From Deltaproteobacteria bacterium (GTDB taxonomy: Bacteria; Desulfobacterota; Syntrophia; Syntrophales; UBA5619), in NCBI GenBank assembly GCA_021817825.1, contig JAKAFS010000006.1, positions 1,596 to 65,595 on the forward strand: 64,000 nt of DNA, written 5' to 3'. The stretch's first letter is position 1; every line of letters begins with the position of its first letter. The position numbers were made by a program, and so were the translations under genes. The notes under the pieces are model-generated. The model was not told the DNA's origin. It worked only from the letters and a program-made list of their open reading frames with translations, and did no database searches. Below are positions 18,148-27,831 of the stretch, one piece after another.

Positions 18148-20145
18148 ATGGGCAAGATGCTCAATATGGTGGTCGATGAATCGGGGATCGGTGTCGTCAC
18201 GATCGACTCACCGGGGTCGAAGGTCAACATCTGGTCCTTGGAGGCCTTTGAAGACTTTCGCCGGCTGCTTTCGGAATTGGAGATTGCCAAGGGGATCCGC
18301 GGGGTCGTTTTCATTTCCGGCAAGGCCGATAATTTTCTGGCCGGCGCCGATCTGAAAATGATCGCTCAGATCGAAGACGAGGCGGAGGCGCAAAAGGTCC
18401 TCGAACTCTTCCATCGCGCCTTCGAGCGGCTCCTTGCCATGGGGCTTCCGACCGTCGCGGCGATTCACGGTCACTGCCTCGGCGGCGGTCTGGAGTTCGC
18501 CCTGGCCTGCACGGCCCGGATCGCCAGGGAAGGAAAGGCCACGTGCTTCAACTTTCCGGAGGGCAGTCTCGGACTTTTGCCGGGCGGCGGCGGGACCCAG
18601 CGGCTGCCCCGCCTGATCGGCGCCGGCGCTGTCGAACTGATCCTGAAGGGGACGTCGCTCACGGCGGCGCAGGCCCTGGAATTGGGAATCATCGACCGCC
18701 TCGTTCCCGCCGAAGGCGACCTCCTCGGCGAGGCCCGCGCCTTTTGCGAGGCGATCGGCGCCGGGACGGCGGAATTGAAGCGGCCCGTTCATGACTTTTC
18801 CGGGATCGACGCCGTCGCCGAGGCGGCCCGGAGCGAATTTCTCAAGGGGACGCGCGGTCGCGAGATTCCGGGACCTTTGCTGGCTCTCCAGGCGATCGGC
18901 GAGGGGGTGAAGCTGCCGCTGCGCGAGGGGCTCGAGCTGGAAAAACAGCTTTTCGTGAAGGCGGTTTTGACCCCCGAGGCGAAGGGAAGCATCCACAGCT
19001 TTTTCCTCAAAGGGATGACGGATCGGCCGCAGGCGATGATGAGCGAAGGATTCGTCCCTCTGCCCCTGGAGAAGGTTGCGGTCCTGGGGTTCGGGACGAT
19101 GGGCCGGGGGATCGTCATCGACATCCTCCGCAACACCCGCCTGCCGGTCCTGGTCAAGGACGTCCCCGAGGCCCTGGAGCCGGGGAAGGCCTTCGTCCGG
19201 AAGATCCTCGCTGGGATGGCCGAGAAAAATCGGCTCCGGGAGCCCGTGGATACGGTATTGGGGCGGTTGACGATGACTTCCGAGTACGCACCGGTCTTCG
19301 GGGAACTGGACCTCGTGATCGAAGCGGTCTTCGAAGATCTGACCGTGAAAAAGCAGGTCTACGGGGAGTTGAGCCGGGTCATCAGGGAGGACTGCATCGT
19401 GGCGAGCAACACCTCCTCGATTCCGATCACCGCCATGGCCCCTTTCGTGACCGCTCCTGCGCGGTTCGGCGGGACCCATTTTTTCTCCCCCGTCTGGCTC
19501 ATGCAGCTGGTGGAGGTGATCCGGGGCGAAACGACCGCAGCGGCGACGATCGATCAGCTCCTCCACTTCGCATCGCTGATCCGCAAACGCCCCATTGTCT
19601 GTAGCGACAATGCGGGCTTCGTCGTCAACGCCATGCTCTTTCCCCATCTTCTCAATGCCCTTCAGTACATCGAGGAGGGAAATGCCATCGAGGAGGTGGA
19701 CCGGGCCATGACCCGCTTCGGGATGCCCGTGGGGCCGATCCGGCTGACCGACGAGGTGGGCATCGACGTTCCCTACAAGGCCCTGGTCGGGATGGGGATT
19801 CCCCAGGAGACCTTGAAAAAGGTCGTCGCGGCCGGGCGCTTCGGCCTCAAGAAGTCGGGCAAGGGTTTTTTTCTCAAGGACGGGACCGTCGATCCCGAGG
19901 TCCTGCCGCTCATTGCCAGGCGGGAGCCCCATCCGCGCAGCGAAGAGGAAATCCAACTGGGCATCCTGACGGCCATGGTCCGGATGGGGAAGGACCTGCT
20001 CGACCGGCAGATCGTCGCGGACGTCCGGATGATCGATGCGGGGATGATCTGGGGAATCGGCTTTCCTGCCGACAAGGGCGGGCCCATGAAGTGGGCCGAT
20101 CTGATCGGCCTGAGCCGAAAGCTTTTCGGGCGGAATTTTTACTGA
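18148..20145 (+). CDS. Multifunctional enoyl-CoA hydratase/3-hydroxyacyl-CoA dehydrogenase (FadB/FadJ-like)
   Basis: FLAGADL, GGGLEFAL, PEGSLGLLPG; VLGFGTMGRGI, EAVFED, ASNTSS, HFFSPV. Confidence 0.92.
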   Translation: MGKMLNMVVDESGIGVVTIDSPGSKVNIWSLEAFEDFRRLLSELEIAKGIRGVVFISGKADNFLAGADLKMIAQIEDEAEAQKVLELFHRAFERLLAMGLPTVAAIHGHCLGGGLEFALACTARIAREGKATCFNFPEGSLGLLPGGGGTQRLPRLIGAGAVELILKGTSLTAAQALELGIIDRLVPAEGDLLGEARAFCEAIGAGTAELKRPVHDFSGIDAVAEAARSEFLKGTRGREIPGPLLALQAIGEGVKLPLREGLELEKQLFVKAVLTPEAKGSIHSFFLKGMTDRPQAMMSEGFVPLPLEKVAVLGFGTMGRGIVIDILRNTRLPVLVKDVPEALEPGKAFVRKILAGMAEKNRLREPVDTVLGRLTMTSEYAPVFGELDLVIEAVFEDLTVKKQVYGELSRVIREDCIVASNTSSIPITAMAPFVTAPARFGGTHFFSPVWLMQLVEVIRGETTAAATIDQLLHFASLIRKRPIVCSDNAGFVVNAMLFPHLLNALQYIEEGNAIEEVDRAMTRFGMPVGPIRLTDEVGIDVPYKALVGMGIPQETLKKVVAAGRFGLKKSGKGFFLKDGTVDPEVLPLIARREPHPRSEEEIQLGILTAMVRMGKDLLDRQIVADVRMIDAGMIWGIGFPADKGGPMKWADLIGLSRKLFGRNFY

Positions 20146-20299
20146 AAAGCCGGGGAAACGATCCCCGGTCCGCTGCTCCGCATCACCCCGTCCGTCCTTC
20201 CGCCTGGCAGCCCGGGTCACATCCCCGCTTGCGAAGAGGGTGCGATCTTCGAACCAGGTCATGGCGGATGCCTCATGAACACTTTTCCGGGAAGGAGAG

Positions 20300-21070
20300 T
20301 TATTTCAGGATCAGGTGCTGCGGATCGACCTCCTCGCGCAGGATGCGCAGTTCCTGCGCCGTGGGCGGCGTCGCTTCGGTTGCCTGGGTGCAGTCGATGG
20401 CAAATCCGGTATGCTCCTGGACCGTGGCCGCGGTGACCCCGGGATAGGTTTCGGCCAGAAACATCTCCTTCGTCTCGGGGTGGAATTTCATCACCCCGAG
20501 CTCCGAAACGACGGCCAAAGGTCCGCCCCGCGTGAGCCCCGCGCGCTGGCGCGCATCGCCGCCGGTCAGCCATCCCGGAGAGGTCCGGTAAGCGAGTTTC
20601 TCCACGAAGCGCCGCTTTTCATGTTCCATAAAGACGATGACCGCCGAGGCAAGGGACGCCGCGTCGCAGGCCCCGCCGCTTCCCGAGAAACGGACCCGGG
20701 GCCGTTCGTAGGGGCCGATGCAGGTCGAGTTGATGTTGCCGAACTTGTCGATCTGCGCCGCCCCCAGGAAGGCGACGGTATGCAGCCGCCGGTGCGCCAC
20801 GATGGAAAAGGCCTCGATCAGCCCCGAGTTCAGGCAGGCGCCGGCCATGACCCGGGGGTCCGCCACGGCCAGAGGGAGCTCTTCCATGGCCGGATCGACG
20901 CCGCCGGTCTCGAAGAAGACCACGGCGTCCGGGGCGTGAATCCTTTTGGCCGCCGTCGCCGCCAGCATCGAGATTCCCGTTCCGGCAAAGAGGATATCCC
21001 CGTTCTGGACGAGGCGGCCGGCGCTGATGGTCATCATCTCGTGGTGGGTGTAGTTCCTGGTTGCTTCCAT
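20300..21070 (-). CDS. CoA transferase subunit B (glutaconate CoA-transferase GctB-like)
   Basis: FAGTGI, FETGG (catalytic Glu), FLGAAQIDKFGNINST, GSGGACD. Confidence 0.9.
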   Translation of the reverse strand: MEATRNYTHHEMMTISAGRLVQNGDILFAGTGISMLAATAAKRIHAPDAVVFFETGGVDPAMEELPLAVADPRVMAGACLNSGLIEAFSIVAHRRLHTVAFLGAAQIDKFGNINSTCIGPYERPRVRFSGSGGACDAASLASAVIVFMEHEKRRFVEKLAYRTSPGWLTGGDARQRAGLTRGGPLAVVSELGVMKFHPETKEMFLAETYPGVTAATVQEHTGFAIDCTQATEATPPTAQELRILREEVDPQHLILK

Positions 21071-21071
21071 C

Positions 21072-22034
21072 TCAGCTCCTTTTGAGCCCCTTCTTGTACA
21101 AGGAAACGCCGTCGGTGCGGATCGCGGCGAGGCCTTCCCGGCCCACCTTTTTAAGGTACGCGGCGTGGTCCGGAACCCCGTAGACCCAGTCGTCCAGGTA
21201 CTGCCTGAAGAGCCCGTCGTCCTTGGCCATCCCCTTGTAGAGGTTCAGATGGGCCGCGTCGTAGTCGTAACAGTAAGGGCAGGCGGTAGGGTGGGCGCCG
21301 AAGGGGGCAGGGACGACGGCATCGACGAGAAAGGGGGGGATCGCGTTGCGCTCCGGTTCAGCGCGGAGCGAGGCCGCCGGGACCACCTCTTCGCAGGAGA
21401 CGATGACCGCGTCGGCCGCCTTGGCCAGTTCGATGTCGGCGAAACTCAATCCCCGAATCCGCACCGTGCCGTCGTCGCCCGCCTGCTGGCAGTGGATCAA
21501 GGCCACATCGGGGTTCAGCGCCGGGAGGAGGACGACGGGATCGGCCTGATCGGCAAAGGGGTTCTGGAGGAGGATCGTCTTTTTTGGGGCCGTCTTTCTT
21601 GCCTTGCGGAGCTCGGGCGAAAAGCCCTCCTTCTGTAGGATGTCCGTTCCCAGGCCCGATTTGGCGGGGATGAAGGGGATCCCCAGCGACCCCGCCAGGA
21701 ATCGGAGGCTCATCTGGAAGTTCGAGTAATCCTCCAGGGCGATCTCGCCCCGCTCGGCGGCCAGGCGGAAGCGGATGCAGGTCGGGGCGAAACGACCGTT
21801 CCCCGAATAAGCGATCTCGAGCTTCGCCACGCAGCCGGCGCCGATGAGCAGATCCAGCCCCTGGCCGTTGGAATGGCAGACCAGGTGCAGATTGCGGCGC
21901 CGCTGGCGGATCAGCTCGTGAATGATGACCATGGCGTTGCGGGCGATGGTGAAGCCGCCCAGGGTGATCTGCGCCCCATCGCCGATGAACCGCCGTACGG
22001 CCTCTGCGGAGGACATGATCTTCGTTGCCGCCAT
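21072..22034 (-). CDS. CoA transferase subunit A (GctA-like)
   Basis: LGGFTIARN..IIHELIRQ, DLLIGAGCV, PDVALIH, PFGAHPT; abuts subunit B. Confidence 0.9.
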   Translation of the reverse strand: MAATKIMSSAEAVRRFIGDGAQITLGGFTIARNAMVIIHELIRQRRRNLHLVCHSNGQGLDLLIGAGCVAKLEIAYSGNGRFAPTCIRFRLAAERGEIALEDYSNFQMSLRFLAGSLGIPFIPAKSGLGTDILQKEGFSPELRKARKTAPKKTILLQNPFADQADPVVLLPALNPDVALIHCQQAGDDGTVRIRGLSFADIELAKAADAVIVSCEEVVPAASLRAEPERNAIPPFLVDAVVPAPFGAHPTACPYCYDYDAAHLNLYKGMAKDDGLFRQYLDDWVYGVPDHAAYLKKVGREGLAAIRTDGVSLYKKGLKRS

Positions 22035-22185
22035 GCGGGCCTCCTTGTTTCCTTCCCTCTTTGCCAGACGTTGTTCTGGATCGTTTTGCCGCGTTCCAGA
22101 AGCCAGTCCTCGCCTCACTGAAAGTCAAAGAAAAAATGGCTGATGAGGCCTTCCGCGTCGCGTGGGGATAAAGAGGACCCGGCGG

Positions 22186-25100
22186 TCATTGCGCTTTCCT
22201 CCCCGCCCCGTCTCCGGTCGCCTGTTGCGGGCCCAGCACGCCGTTCACGGCGCGGGCCAGTCTGGCCAGGGAAAGGGGCTTCATGATGAATTCCCGGACT
22301 CCGATCCGCGCCGCCTCCTCGCCGTTCATCCGCTCGCTGAATCCGGAGGTGATGATGACGGGCAGTTCCGGGCGAATCCTGAGCAGTTCCTTGGCCAGTT
22401 CGCTGCCGGTCATGTTCGGCATGGTCATGTCCGTGATCACCAGATCGAAGCGGCCCGGATTGGCCCGGAAGGCTTCCAGGGCGTCGAGGCTGCTGAACCG
22501 GACCGTGACTTCGTAGCCCAGAAAGGAGAGCATCTCCTTGCCGAGGGAAGCGAGCAGTTCCTCGTCGTCGACGAGCAGAATGCATCCCTGCCCGCCGGGG
22601 ATCTCTTCCCTTTCCCCTTCCGGCGGCTTTCCTTCGCTGTCGAGCAGCGGCAGGCAGATGGTGAAGGCGGTGCCTTCCCCGGGGCGGCTCGCCACGGAAA
22701 CGGCGCCGCCGTGGTTCTTGACGATCCCGTAGACCATGGACAGTCCCAGACCCGTTCCCTCCCCGGGGCCTTTGGTCGTGTAGAAGGGATCGAAAATCCT
22801 GTCCAGGACCGCCGGATCGATGCCGTGACCCGTGTCCCGGACGACCAGCTGCAAATAGGGCCCTTGGGCCAACGGACCGTCTGCGGACCTCTCGCCGGTG
22901 ATGTCCAATCGGCTAAGCGCGATGTCGAGCACCCCGCCTCGCTCGCGCATGGCGTGCGCCGCATTGGCGCACAGGTTGATCAGGACCTGGTGGATCTGGG
23001 TCGCGTTGGCCAGGATCGTGTCGGGGATATTTTCCTGATGCAGGCGGATCTCGATGGTGGCCGGCAGGGAGGAGCGGAGCAGCTTCAGGGCTTCCTTGAC
23101 CACGGGCGTGACAGAGAGGGGCTTTTTCTCGAGATCCCTCTGGCGGCTGAAGGTGAGGATCTGGGTGACCAGGTCCTTTGCCCGGTCGCAGGCCCGGAGG
23201 ATCTGCTCCAGATAGGGCTTGATCGGGCCGTCGCAGGTTTTGAGCTGGGCCAGCCCCGCATAACCGACGATACCGCCGAGGATATTGTTGAAATCATGGG
23301 CGATGCCTCCCGCCAGGGTCCCGATGGCTTCCATCTTTTGCGCCTGATGGAGTTGCGCCTCCATGGACCTTTCATAGGTGATGTCGATGGCCGTTCCGCA
23401 GAGGGCCATTCTTTCCCGGTAGGTGATGAGGGCGCCCAAAACCTTGACCGTGACGATCCGGCCGTCCTTGCGGAGCACCCGGAAGCTGTATTCGATCTGC
23501 GGTTCCTGCCCGATCAGCCGTCTTGTCATATTTTCGGCCGCCAACGGCCGGTCGTCGGGGTGGATCATCTCCAGGGGGCTCATCAGGTCCACGATTTCTT
23601 CGTAGGCGTAGCCGGTGACATCGCAGAAGTGCTGATTCACGAACCGCAGGAGGCCGTCCTGGATGATATAGAACCCCACCAGGGAATTTTCCACGACGCT
23701 GCGATACTTCGCCTCCGACTCCAGGAGCGCCTGTTCGGCCTGCCTGCGCCGGGTGATGTCCTGAACGGCTCCTTCATAATAGACCAGCGTTCCCTGTCCG
23801 TCGCGGACCATGCGGGCGTTGATGGTCGTCCAGATAAGGCTCCCGTCCTTCCGGCAGAGTTCGGTCTCGAACTTCTCCACGGCCCCCGCCTCCTGGAGAC
23901 GGGAAAGCAGGCGAATCCTCTCTTGGGGATGGCGATAGACCTGCCGGCCGATGTCGTTGACGGCGCTGAGCATCTCCTGGGGCGAAGCGTAGCCCGCCAT
24001 CTGTGCCAGCGCCGGGTTGACGCTGATGAACCGTCCCTCGGGGGTGGTTTGAAAGATGCCTTCGATGGCGTTTTCGAAAATGTTGCGGTACTTTGCCTCG
24101 CTTTCCTGTAGGGCCGTCTGGGCCCGCTTCTGTTCCGTGATGTCCGTCGAGACGCCCAGCGTGGCCTTGACTTGCTGCCCGGAGAGGGTGAAGGGGATCT
24201 TGACGGTCCTGAGGATCCGGGTGCGGCCTTGGGCGTCGGTCATGCTTTCCTCGGGGATCTCCAGGGGGACCCCACTGTTTATCACCGCCAGGTCGTCCTT
24301 ACGGAAATGGTCCACTTCCGTGGGGTCGGGGCTGAAGTCCGCATCGGTCTTGCCCGTCAGTTCTTCGACGGTGGTGCCGTAGGCCTCGGCCACGGTCCGG
24401 TTGACCAGGATGAAGCGGCCGGCCAGATCCTTGGCGAAGATGTAGTGGGGCACGAGGTCGATGACCTGTCTGAGCCTCGCCTCGCTCTGGCGCAGCGCCT
24501 CTTCGGCCTGCCTCCGGTCGGTGACGTCCAGAAGCGTGCCGATGACGGCGGGATTGCCCCGATAGAGGGTGCGGGAACTGTAGACCTCGACGCGCCGGAC
24601 TTCGCCGCTCTTCTTCCGTCCCCGGAATTCATAATGGAGCGATTCCAGCGTCCCCTCGATCCGCTTCCGGAGGTTCGCCCGGACCAGGGGCCAGTCGTCG
24701 GGGAAGATCAATGTTTCCACCGGGGCGCCGGCCAGTTCCTCGACGGTGAAGCCGAGGGTTTCGGCGAACCTCCCGTTGACATACTGGAAGACGCCGTCCT
24801 GGATCAGGTAGATGCCGGCGACGGAGTTTTCCGCCAGATGGCGAAATTTGCTTTCCGATTCCCTAAGCACGCATTCCGCTTGCCGGCGTTCGGTGATGTC
24901 GGTCAGCGTGCCCCGGAAACCCGTCACCCGATTGTCGCGAAGAATCGGACCGGCATAGACGATGGCCGGGAAGGTGCTGCCGTCTTTGCGCCGGAACGTG
25001 AATTCCAGGGGGCCGATCTTCCGGCCTTCCTTGAGCGTTTCCAGCACGGTGACGATTCGCCCCCGCTCCTCGGGCAGGAAGACCCGATCGATGCTCCTGT

Positions 25101-25917
25101 CGCCCCGTCCGAGATCGGCGATGGAATAGCCGAAGACTTCCGACGTGGTCCTGTTGGCGAAGGTCAGGTTTCCCCGCGCGTCGCATTCGAAGACCGGCTG
25201 CGGCAGCAGGTCGGTCAGATCGCGGAATCGCCGTTCACTGGCCCGCAGCGCGTCGTCGGCCTGGGCCCTCAGGACCGCGGCCCCGATCTGCGGCGCGATG
25301 TTTTCCAAGGCGTCGCGGCTCTCGGGTGGAATCCCGTCCCGCCGGTGAGAGGCGATATTCAGAATGCCGATGGCCCGCTCCCGGTCGCTGAAGGGGATCA
25401 TGGCGGCCGCCGTGAGCCCCTCCTTGCGGCAATAGAGGTATTCCTCGGCCCGGAAGCTTTCCAGATCGAAATAGGCGGGCCGGTTCAGCCGCGCCATACG
25501 GACCCACTCGGAATCGTCGGAGGCCTCGCGAACCTGGTCGGCGAAGGTTTCAGAAACGCCTGTGACGCAGATCAGACGGAAGGTATTGGAAAAAGAGTCG
25601 AGCAGGTAGATGCCGCCGCAGTCCAGATCGGACAGGCGGATGGCGGTTTCCAGACTGAGGCGCAGGGCCTCTGAGGCCGAAGAAGCGGCGGCGAGCTGGA
25701 AACCCAGGTCGCGCTGGGCGGTGATGATTCGCTCCGACTGCTTGAGTCGGGCGATCTGCGCCTCGAGAGCCCGATTCGCGGCCAGCAAATCATCGCTGGA
25801 GCTTCGGGCTTTCTCGGGCGGTTCGGCAGGGGGTTTTCGGTCCCTGTCAGCACTCCGGCTCTGGGTCGTCACGCTGTCTCTCCTGGGGCTCTGACCTACT
25901 CGTGCTCCTGTTCTCAA
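22186..25917 (-). CDS. Hybrid sensor histidine kinase (GAF, multiple PAS/PAC, HisKA, HATPase, receiver)
   Basis: Repeated ESExKYR/DIT PAS linkers, QKMEAIGTLAGGIAHDFNN, NLCANA, GTGLGL, ILLVDDE...ITDMTMP...KP; start uncertain. Confidence 0.95.
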   Translation of the reverse strand: MRTGARVGQSPRRDSVTTQSRSADRDRKPPAEPPEKARSSSDDLLAANRALEAQIARLKQSERIITAQRDLGFQLAAASSASEALRLSLETAIRLSDLDCGGIYLLDSFSNTFRLICVTGVSETFADQVREASDDSEWVRMARLNRPAYFDLESFRAEEYLYCRKEGLTAAAMIPFSDRERAIGILNIASHRRDGIPPESRDALENIAPQIGAAVLRAQADDALRASERRFRDLTDLLPQPVFECDARGNLTFANRTTSEVFGYSIADLGRGDRSIDRVFLPEERGRIVTVLETLKEGRKIGPLEFTFRRKDGSTFPAIVYAGPILRDNRVTGFRGTLTDITERRQAECVLRESESKFRHLAENSVAGIYLIQDGVFQYVNGRFAETLGFTVEELAGAPVETLIFPDDWPLVRANLRKRIEGTLESLHYEFRGRKKSGEVRRVEVYSSRTLYRGNPAVIGTLLDVTDRRQAEEALRQSEARLRQVIDLVPHYIFAKDLAGRFILVNRTVAEAYGTTVEELTGKTDADFSPDPTEVDHFRKDDLAVINSGVPLEIPEESMTDAQGRTRILRTVKIPFTLSGQQVKATLGVSTDITEQKRAQTALQESEAKYRNIFENAIEGIFQTTPEGRFISVNPALAQMAGYASPQEMLSAVNDIGRQVYRHPQERIRLLSRLQEAGAVEKFETELCRKDGSLIWTTINARMVRDGQGTLVYYEGAVQDITRRRQAEQALLESEAKYRSVVENSLVGFYIIQDGLLRFVNQHFCDVTGYAYEEIVDLMSPLEMIHPDDRPLAAENMTRRLIGQEPQIEYSFRVLRKDGRIVTVKVLGALITYRERMALCGTAIDITYERSMEAQLHQAQKMEAIGTLAGGIAHDFNNILGGIVGYAGLAQLKTCDGPIKPYLEQILRACDRAKDLVTQILTFSRQRDLEKKPLSVTPVVKEALKLLRSSLPATIEIRLHQENIPDTILANATQIHQVLINLCANAAHAMRERGGVLDIALSRLDITGERSADGPLAQGPYLQLVVRDTGHGIDPAVLDRIFDPFYTTKGPGEGTGLGLSMVYGIVKNHGGAVSVASRPGEGTAFTICLPLLDSEGKPPEGEREEIPGGQGCILLVDDEELLASLGKEMLSFLGYEVTVRFSSLDALEAFRANPGRFDLVITDMTMPNMTGSELAKELLRIRPELPVIITSGFSERMNGEEAARIGVREFIMKPLSLARLARAVNGVLGPQQATGDGAGRKAQ

Positions 25918-25978
25918 ACGACTTTGCTCTTATAGGGCAACGGCCGTGACTTGTCAATCCGGCCGCCGGGAAGAGCGC

Positions 25979-27724
25979 TTAGGAGAGGGAACGGGCCGTT
26001 GCGGCCGTTTTTCCGAACTGCCAGGAACCGTCGGTATCCAGAGCCAGGTGCAGGTCGTGCCGGTCCAGGATCGTGCTGCGATGGCCGACGCTGACCAGGA
26101 CCGTGTCCGGGAGGCGCTCCTTGAGCGCTCCATAGAGAAAGGCCTCCATCGTTTCGTCCAGGGAGGCCGTCGCCTCGTCGAGAAAGACGTGGGTCGGTTT
26201 GAGGAGGAAGACCCGAGCGAAGGCGATCCGCTGCTGTTCGCCCGGAGAGAGCATCTGCGACCAGTTGCCCGGTTCGTCGAGGTGTCCTTCCAGGTGGGTG
26301 AGATTGCAGAGTTGCAAAAGCGCCCCGATCTCCCGGTCGTCGGGACGGACGGCGCCCGGGTAATAGAGGGCCTCGCGTAGCGTCCCCAGGGGCAGGTAGG
26401 GCTTCTGGGAGAGGAACATCAGGTTCTTGGCTTCCGGGATCGCGACTGCTCCGTCGCCGTAGGGCCAGATGCCTGCCAGGACCCTAAGCAGGGTGCTTTT
26501 CCCGCATCCCGAGGGGCCGGTGACGACGAGGGAATCACCCCGCTTCAGGATGAAGCTGAGTTTCCGGGAGAGGACCTTTCCGTCGGGCAGTTGGACGTTG
26601 AGCCCTTCGATCTCAAGCCGGCCTTCGGGAGTCTCTGTCCGCCGGATTTTCTCCAGAGAACGCAGGGACTGGACGCGGTCCATCGTCTCCGTGAATCCCA
26701 GGAGCCGCTCCACGACGGCCTTCCATTCGGCGATTCCCACGAAGCTGTCGACGATGAAGGAAAGGGACCTGTGGACCTCGCCGAAGGCGTTGGAGATCTG
26801 CATCAGTCCTCCGAGCTGGATCTGGCCGGCGAAAAAGCGGGGCGAGGCGACGAGGAGCGGAAAGATGACCGAGAGCTGGTTGTAGCCGCTCGTCAGCCAG
26901 GTGAGGCGCTTCTGGCGGAGCATGATCTGGCGGAAGTTGGCCACGACGGCCATGAACCGCTCCCTGAACCCCGCCTTTTCCCGGGATTCGCCGCCATAGA
27001 TGGCCACGCTTTCACTGTTCTCCCGGAGTCGCACGAGGCTGTACCGAAAATCGGCCTCCAGCCGCTGCTGGTTGAAATTGAGCATGATGAGCGGACCTCC
27101 GACGCGCATCGTCAACCAGGTGCCGACGATGGCATAGAGGAGGGCCGCCCAGACCATGTACCCGGGGATCACGATCTGGGTCCCGTTCAGGGGGATCGTC
27201 AGGGGGCCGGAGATGCCCCAGAGGATGAAGATGAAGGAGCCCAGGGTGACGACGGCCCGCAGCAGTCCCAGCCCCAGATTCAAGGTCAGATTGACGAGGG
27301 CGTTGATGTCCTCGCTGATGCGCTGGTCGGGGTTGTCCGTGGTCTGCTCGAAAATCTGGATCCGGTAGTAGGTCTGCCGGGCAAGCCATTCGTTCAGGTA
27401 CCGTTCCGTCAGCCAGGTCCGCCAGCGGATCTGTAGCAGTTGGTTGAGATAGAGCATGTAGACGGCCACGGCGATAAAGGCGGCGGCGATCCAGGTGAAG
27501 TCATAGAGGGCCTTGATGAAACCGGCCTTGTCGAGATTCTGGATGGCATTGTAGAACCCGTTCATCCAGCGGTTGAAAAGAACGCTGATATAGACGATGC
27601 CCAGGTTCAGGCCGACGACGACGGCCAGAAGCCCCCAGGCCGCGGCCCGTTGATCCGATGTCCAGTAGGGGGTGATGAGCGCCCAGAAACCGCGGAAGAA
27701 AGCCCTGTCGAATTTTTTCATCAT
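25979..27724 (-). CDS. Fused ABC transporter permease/ATPase (YddA/ABCD-like)
   Basis: DNPDQRISED, EADFRYSLVRLRENSE, GPSGCGKST, LSPGEQQR, FLDEAT. Confidence 0.92.
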   Translation of the reverse strand: MMKKFDRAFFRGFWALITPYWTSDQRAAAWGLLAVVVGLNLGIVYISVLFNRWMNGFYNAIQNLDKAGFIKALYDFTWIAAAFIAVAVYMLYLNQLLQIRWRTWLTERYLNEWLARQTYYRIQIFEQTTDNPDQRISEDINALVNLTLNLGLGLLRAVVTLGSFIFILWGISGPLTIPLNGTQIVIPGYMVWAALLYAIVGTWLTMRVGGPLIMLNFNQQRLEADFRYSLVRLRENSESVAIYGGESREKAGFRERFMAVVANFRQIMLRQKRLTWLTSGYNQLSVIFPLLVASPRFFAGQIQLGGLMQISNAFGEVHRSLSFIVDSFVGIAEWKAVVERLLGFTETMDRVQSLRSLEKIRRTETPEGRLEIEGLNVQLPDGKVLSRKLSFILKRGDSLVVTGPSGCGKSTLLRVLAGIWPYGDGAVAIPEAKNLMFLSQKPYLPLGTLREALYYPGAVRPDDREIGALLQLCNLTHLEGHLDEPGNWSQMLSPGEQQRIAFARVFLLKPTHVFLDEATASLDETMEAFLYGALKERLPDTVLVSVGHRSTILDRHDLHLALDTDGSWQFGKTAATARSLS

Positions 27725-27831
27725 GGGGATGGTTCGCTCCGATATGTCCGTTTGTCCAAGCTGTCCGGTCGGCAGTGACGGATTCCCTTGTTAATTGATT
27801 TTCCGGAAACTGACAAGCGGAAAATGTCCTG

